A DNA stretch of 63,993 nucleotides, counting the filler, from Craspedostauros australis (taxonomy: Eukaryota), in assembly GCA_030167865.1 (NCBI GenBank). It is 7 parts of 7 records of this genome, joined end to end, with 100 filler letters (N's around TTAATTAATTAA, not from the genome) between each part and the next. Parts side by side here need not be neighbours in the genome. Positions count along the whole stretch, not along the records: positions 52,768 to 62,171 come from JALAGF010006500.1; positions 62,272 to 63,993 come from JALAGF010006546.1; 5 more parts are not named here. One strand, written 5' to 3'. Below, piece after piece: positions 61,550 through 63,993 of this stretch (position 1 is its first letter; every line of letters begins with the position of its first letter). The position numbers and the translations under genes are program-made. The notes beneath the pieces are model-generated. The model had not been told where the DNA came from and ran no database searches. It was given only the letters and a program-made list of their open reading frames with translations.

Positions 61550-61999
61550 TGTCAGAACAGGTATTTGTATCTAGACAGTAGCAGTTTCGACTAAGGTGGC
61601 CTGGTAGGCAGAGCGGTTCGATTCCGCAGCACCTTATGTCGTAACATGGTAAGGTCGCGGGTTCGAGTCCTCGAAAACATCATGCCTTGTTGGCGACTGG
61701 GACGAAATGCCGTCTCCCTACAGCGGGAGGATAAACATAGAGTGTGAGCGGTCTGACTACGTAGCCGGAAGGGCTGGTAGGGGCTGAAGGGCTAGTCTAG
61801 TTACCAATAGGAAGGGTGTCAGAACAGGTATTTGTATCTAGACAGTAGCAGTTTCGACTAAGGTGGCCTGGTAGGCAGAGCGGTTCGATTCCGCAGCACA
61901 CTACCATGTCAAAATAGCGCGCTGCGGAATCGAACCACGGAGCCAGTCCACGCCCTGCATGAACACAAGAAATTAACGCTTATAACCCATGTCGCGACA
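61550..61999 (+). mobile_element. TRIM-like non-autonomous LTR element with tRNA-like LTRs and a 6-bp TSD ATATCG
   Basis: TGTC...GACA termini; TSD at 61544-61549 and 62000-62005; 83-bp identical repeats at 61550 and 61817; TGGT after LTR1 (61647); PPT AATAGGAAGGG before LTR2. Confidence 0.8.
61584..61645 (+). ncRNA. Predicted tRNA-mimic structure: acceptor-like stem, short hairpin and T arm, with no anticodon arm
   Basis: GTTTCGACTAAGGTG pairs with CACCTTATGTCGTAAC; GCCT-GGT-AGGC hairpin; GCGG-TTCGATT-CCGC T arm containing a perfect B box. Confidence 0.55.
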
Positions 62000-62271
62000 A
62001 TATCGGTCGCTCCGCGGCCATCTAGAGTCAGCTGCGCCCATTCCGCGTCCTGGTAGCTCTGCTCCTGGCCCTCCTCCTGTAGCCGCTTCGCGTAGTCTCT
62101 CACCATCTGCCGCAGCTCAGCCTCGGGCCCTTGATCACTGTGGTGCATGGCTTGGTTCCTTTGGTACCAGTNNNNNNNNNNNNNNNNNNNNNNNNNNNNN
62201 NNNNNNNNNNNNNNNTTAATTAATTAANNNNNNNNNNNNNNNNNNNNNNNNNNNNNNNNNNNNNNNNNNNN

Positions 62272-63993
62272 ACCCTTCTTGCGAGAGATTTTGTTCTTAT
62301 CATGAATGTACCTGTACTCCGTTGGCGAGACCCAAGTTCGCTTGTACGTAGTCTTCTGCGCTGGGACCATTCGCCCAACACGCTCGAAGTTCACCCGATA
62401 CGCCTTTCCTCCTTGCTCAAAGCAGTTATCTGTTGGGGCAAATGCTGTTGATGCAATTGCCATGGTCTTATCAATGTGGCACTTGTGGTGCACAGCATGG
62501 TCAACAGGCTTAACTCCCATCTGGGGCACATGTTTGAGATGCTTGCGAGTGACAATGGAGTAGAACCACTTTTCGTCCATGTGGACAAGGACAACCTGCA
62601 CTTTCTTGAAGAGCTTAGCCAATTCCCAGAACACACAGAAGTCCTTAGCCCAGATGTTGCGCTTTGCTGTAGTGGTGCCATTGATCATAGGGAGTATTCT
62701 TGTAGAACGGTACTCGCTGCCTTCCAATCCCATGACGAAGTTGCAAATACTCTTCGGACCAACGATTTGCGGGTTTCCGCTGCCTGCCAGTTTCCAAGCA
62801 ATTNCGTCCCACGAGNTTGCGCCATTGCACNGTCGCAACACATCCTGGAGCTCAAATTGCAGNAAGGGACCACGCTCCAACCACAAATCAGCCAGTGCTT
62901 TTGCGGATGCCAGCTCTTGAGGCGAAGCAGAGGCATAGGCAGAAGCGATTTCGTCATTCTCGAACTGTTGGCCTGGATGTTTAAGACGTAGTTGTTTCGC
63001 AAAGGCTGCACGCTGTGTGAAATGCTGTCGTTGTTTGATGGGGCAGGTGAAGATGCTGCTGCCTGCGTCACTTCGCTTCTTGCATTCGAGCGTCTCCGTT
63101 TGGAATGTCACAATGTTGCGTCTCACTGTGGTGCGATTGATACCCCATGCATGGGCGATCAACTCTGCATGTGCTGGAATCCCACCCAAATTGAAATAGA
63201 GAACAGTGTAGTTCCGATTGTCNNNNNNNNNNNNNNNNNNNNNNNNNNNNNNNNNNNNNNNNNNNNNNNNNNTCTTGAGGCGAAGCAGAGGCATAGGCAG
63301 AAGCGATTTCGTCGTTCTTGAACTGTTGGTCTGGATGTTGAAGACGTAGTTGTTTCACAAAGGCTGTACGCTGCGTGAAGTACTGTTGTTGTTTGGTGGG
63401 GCAGGTGAAGATGCTGCTGCCTGTGTTGCTTCGCTTCTTGCATTCGAGCGTCTCCGTTTGGAATTTCACAATGTTGCGCCTTACTGTGGTGCGGTTGATA
63501 CCCCATGCATGGGCGATCAACTTTGCATGTGCTGGAATCCCCCCCCAAATTGAAATAGAGAACAGTGTAGTTCCAATTGTCTTCTTTGTCAAGGCGTTTG
63601 CTAGGATTACCAGGCTTAGCAATACTACGCCCTCCATCCTTTCGCAATCATCCTTTTGTTGTCGCGCCTTTCTTCATCTGCTTCGTGAGCTGGGCGATTG
63701 CTGTTGCTTTCTGACACCGCGAGACCTCGAGAAAATCTGCGATTTTGGCTTCTTGTGATTCCGTGGTAGTTGGGGATGGTGTGCTGGGCTTAGCCTTGTT
63801 GTTGGCACGCGTGGCAGCGACGGAGTGATGCTGGGGAGAAAGGAGGGAAGGCTTAGCAAGGCCACCAGCAGTACGAGTCCGCGCGAAGGTAGCTAGGCTG
63901 TGTGGTGCACACAGATCCTCACGAACAACATACATTCGGCTCTGCCCCATCACTGGGGTCACCATGACCATTGCCACCTCTCCTGGTGCAAGA
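62272..63993 (-). mobile_element. Further copies of the mariner-like transposase (gapped; one copy has a frameshift and a stop)
   Basis: Highly similar to 6777-8920 (VHMDEKWFY); extra Cs at ~63540 and TGA at 63648. Confidence 0.8.

Larger units (their letters stand above)
61101..62171 (-). mobile_element. 3' end of a second non-LTR retrotransposon (ORF C-terminus, 3' UTR, (TA)n tail), interrupted by a 450-bp insertion
   Basis: WYQRNQAMH motif. Removing 61550-62005 restores GRGATDIATVAVWIGQVQRVR...NWLRRRK* (stop 61443-61441). Ends TGAGTTATATATA, like the LINE at 54815. Confidence 0.75.

Noticed and set aside
61595..61678. Canonical tRNA gene
   Set aside because: Box-like motifs are present but there is no standard anticodon arm or spacing; better explained as the LTR tRNA mimic plus PBS.
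61690..61760. Twister- or hammerhead-like ribozyme in the TRIM interior (CTCCC-TACAGC-GGGAG, GATAAA, GAG)
   Set aside because: I could not place the UAA cleavage strand or P1, nor a CUGANGA/GAAA core. An Infernal search would be needed.

Overview
Eukaryotic draft-assembly sequence, most likely a pennate diatom (GT-AG introns, a trailin-like PTSAPT protein, CoDi-type Ty1/copia and an RNase H-bearing Ambal-like LINE). It is not one locus: seven contigs are joined by artificial N-TTAATTAATTAA-N linkers, and many 50-N gaps are flanked by duplicated sequence. Host genes: PLAC8-family protein, a 5'-truncated trailin/choice-of-anchor-A-like adhesion protein, NRT2 nitrate transporter, SnoaL/NTF2-like protein, a ~2010-aa SPX-MFS protein, a LON-N-domain protein, a small membrane protein, a gametolysin (M11)-like secreted protein whose zinc-binding motif is fully substituted, and a DEP-fused flavoprotein disulfide reductase pseudogene. 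Mobile DNA: a complete Sola3-like DNA transposon (TIRs, TTAT TSD) plus two related ends, mariner-like transposase copies, copia elements with non-canonical AGTT...AACT LTRs, two LINE 3' ends sharing an RNA structure, and satellites. The best candidate for something new is a 450-bp TG...CA TRIM-like element with a 6-bp TSD at 61550-61999. Its LTRs fold into an anticodon-less tRNA mimic whose CCA-tailed 3' end would be complementary to the element's own primer-binding site.
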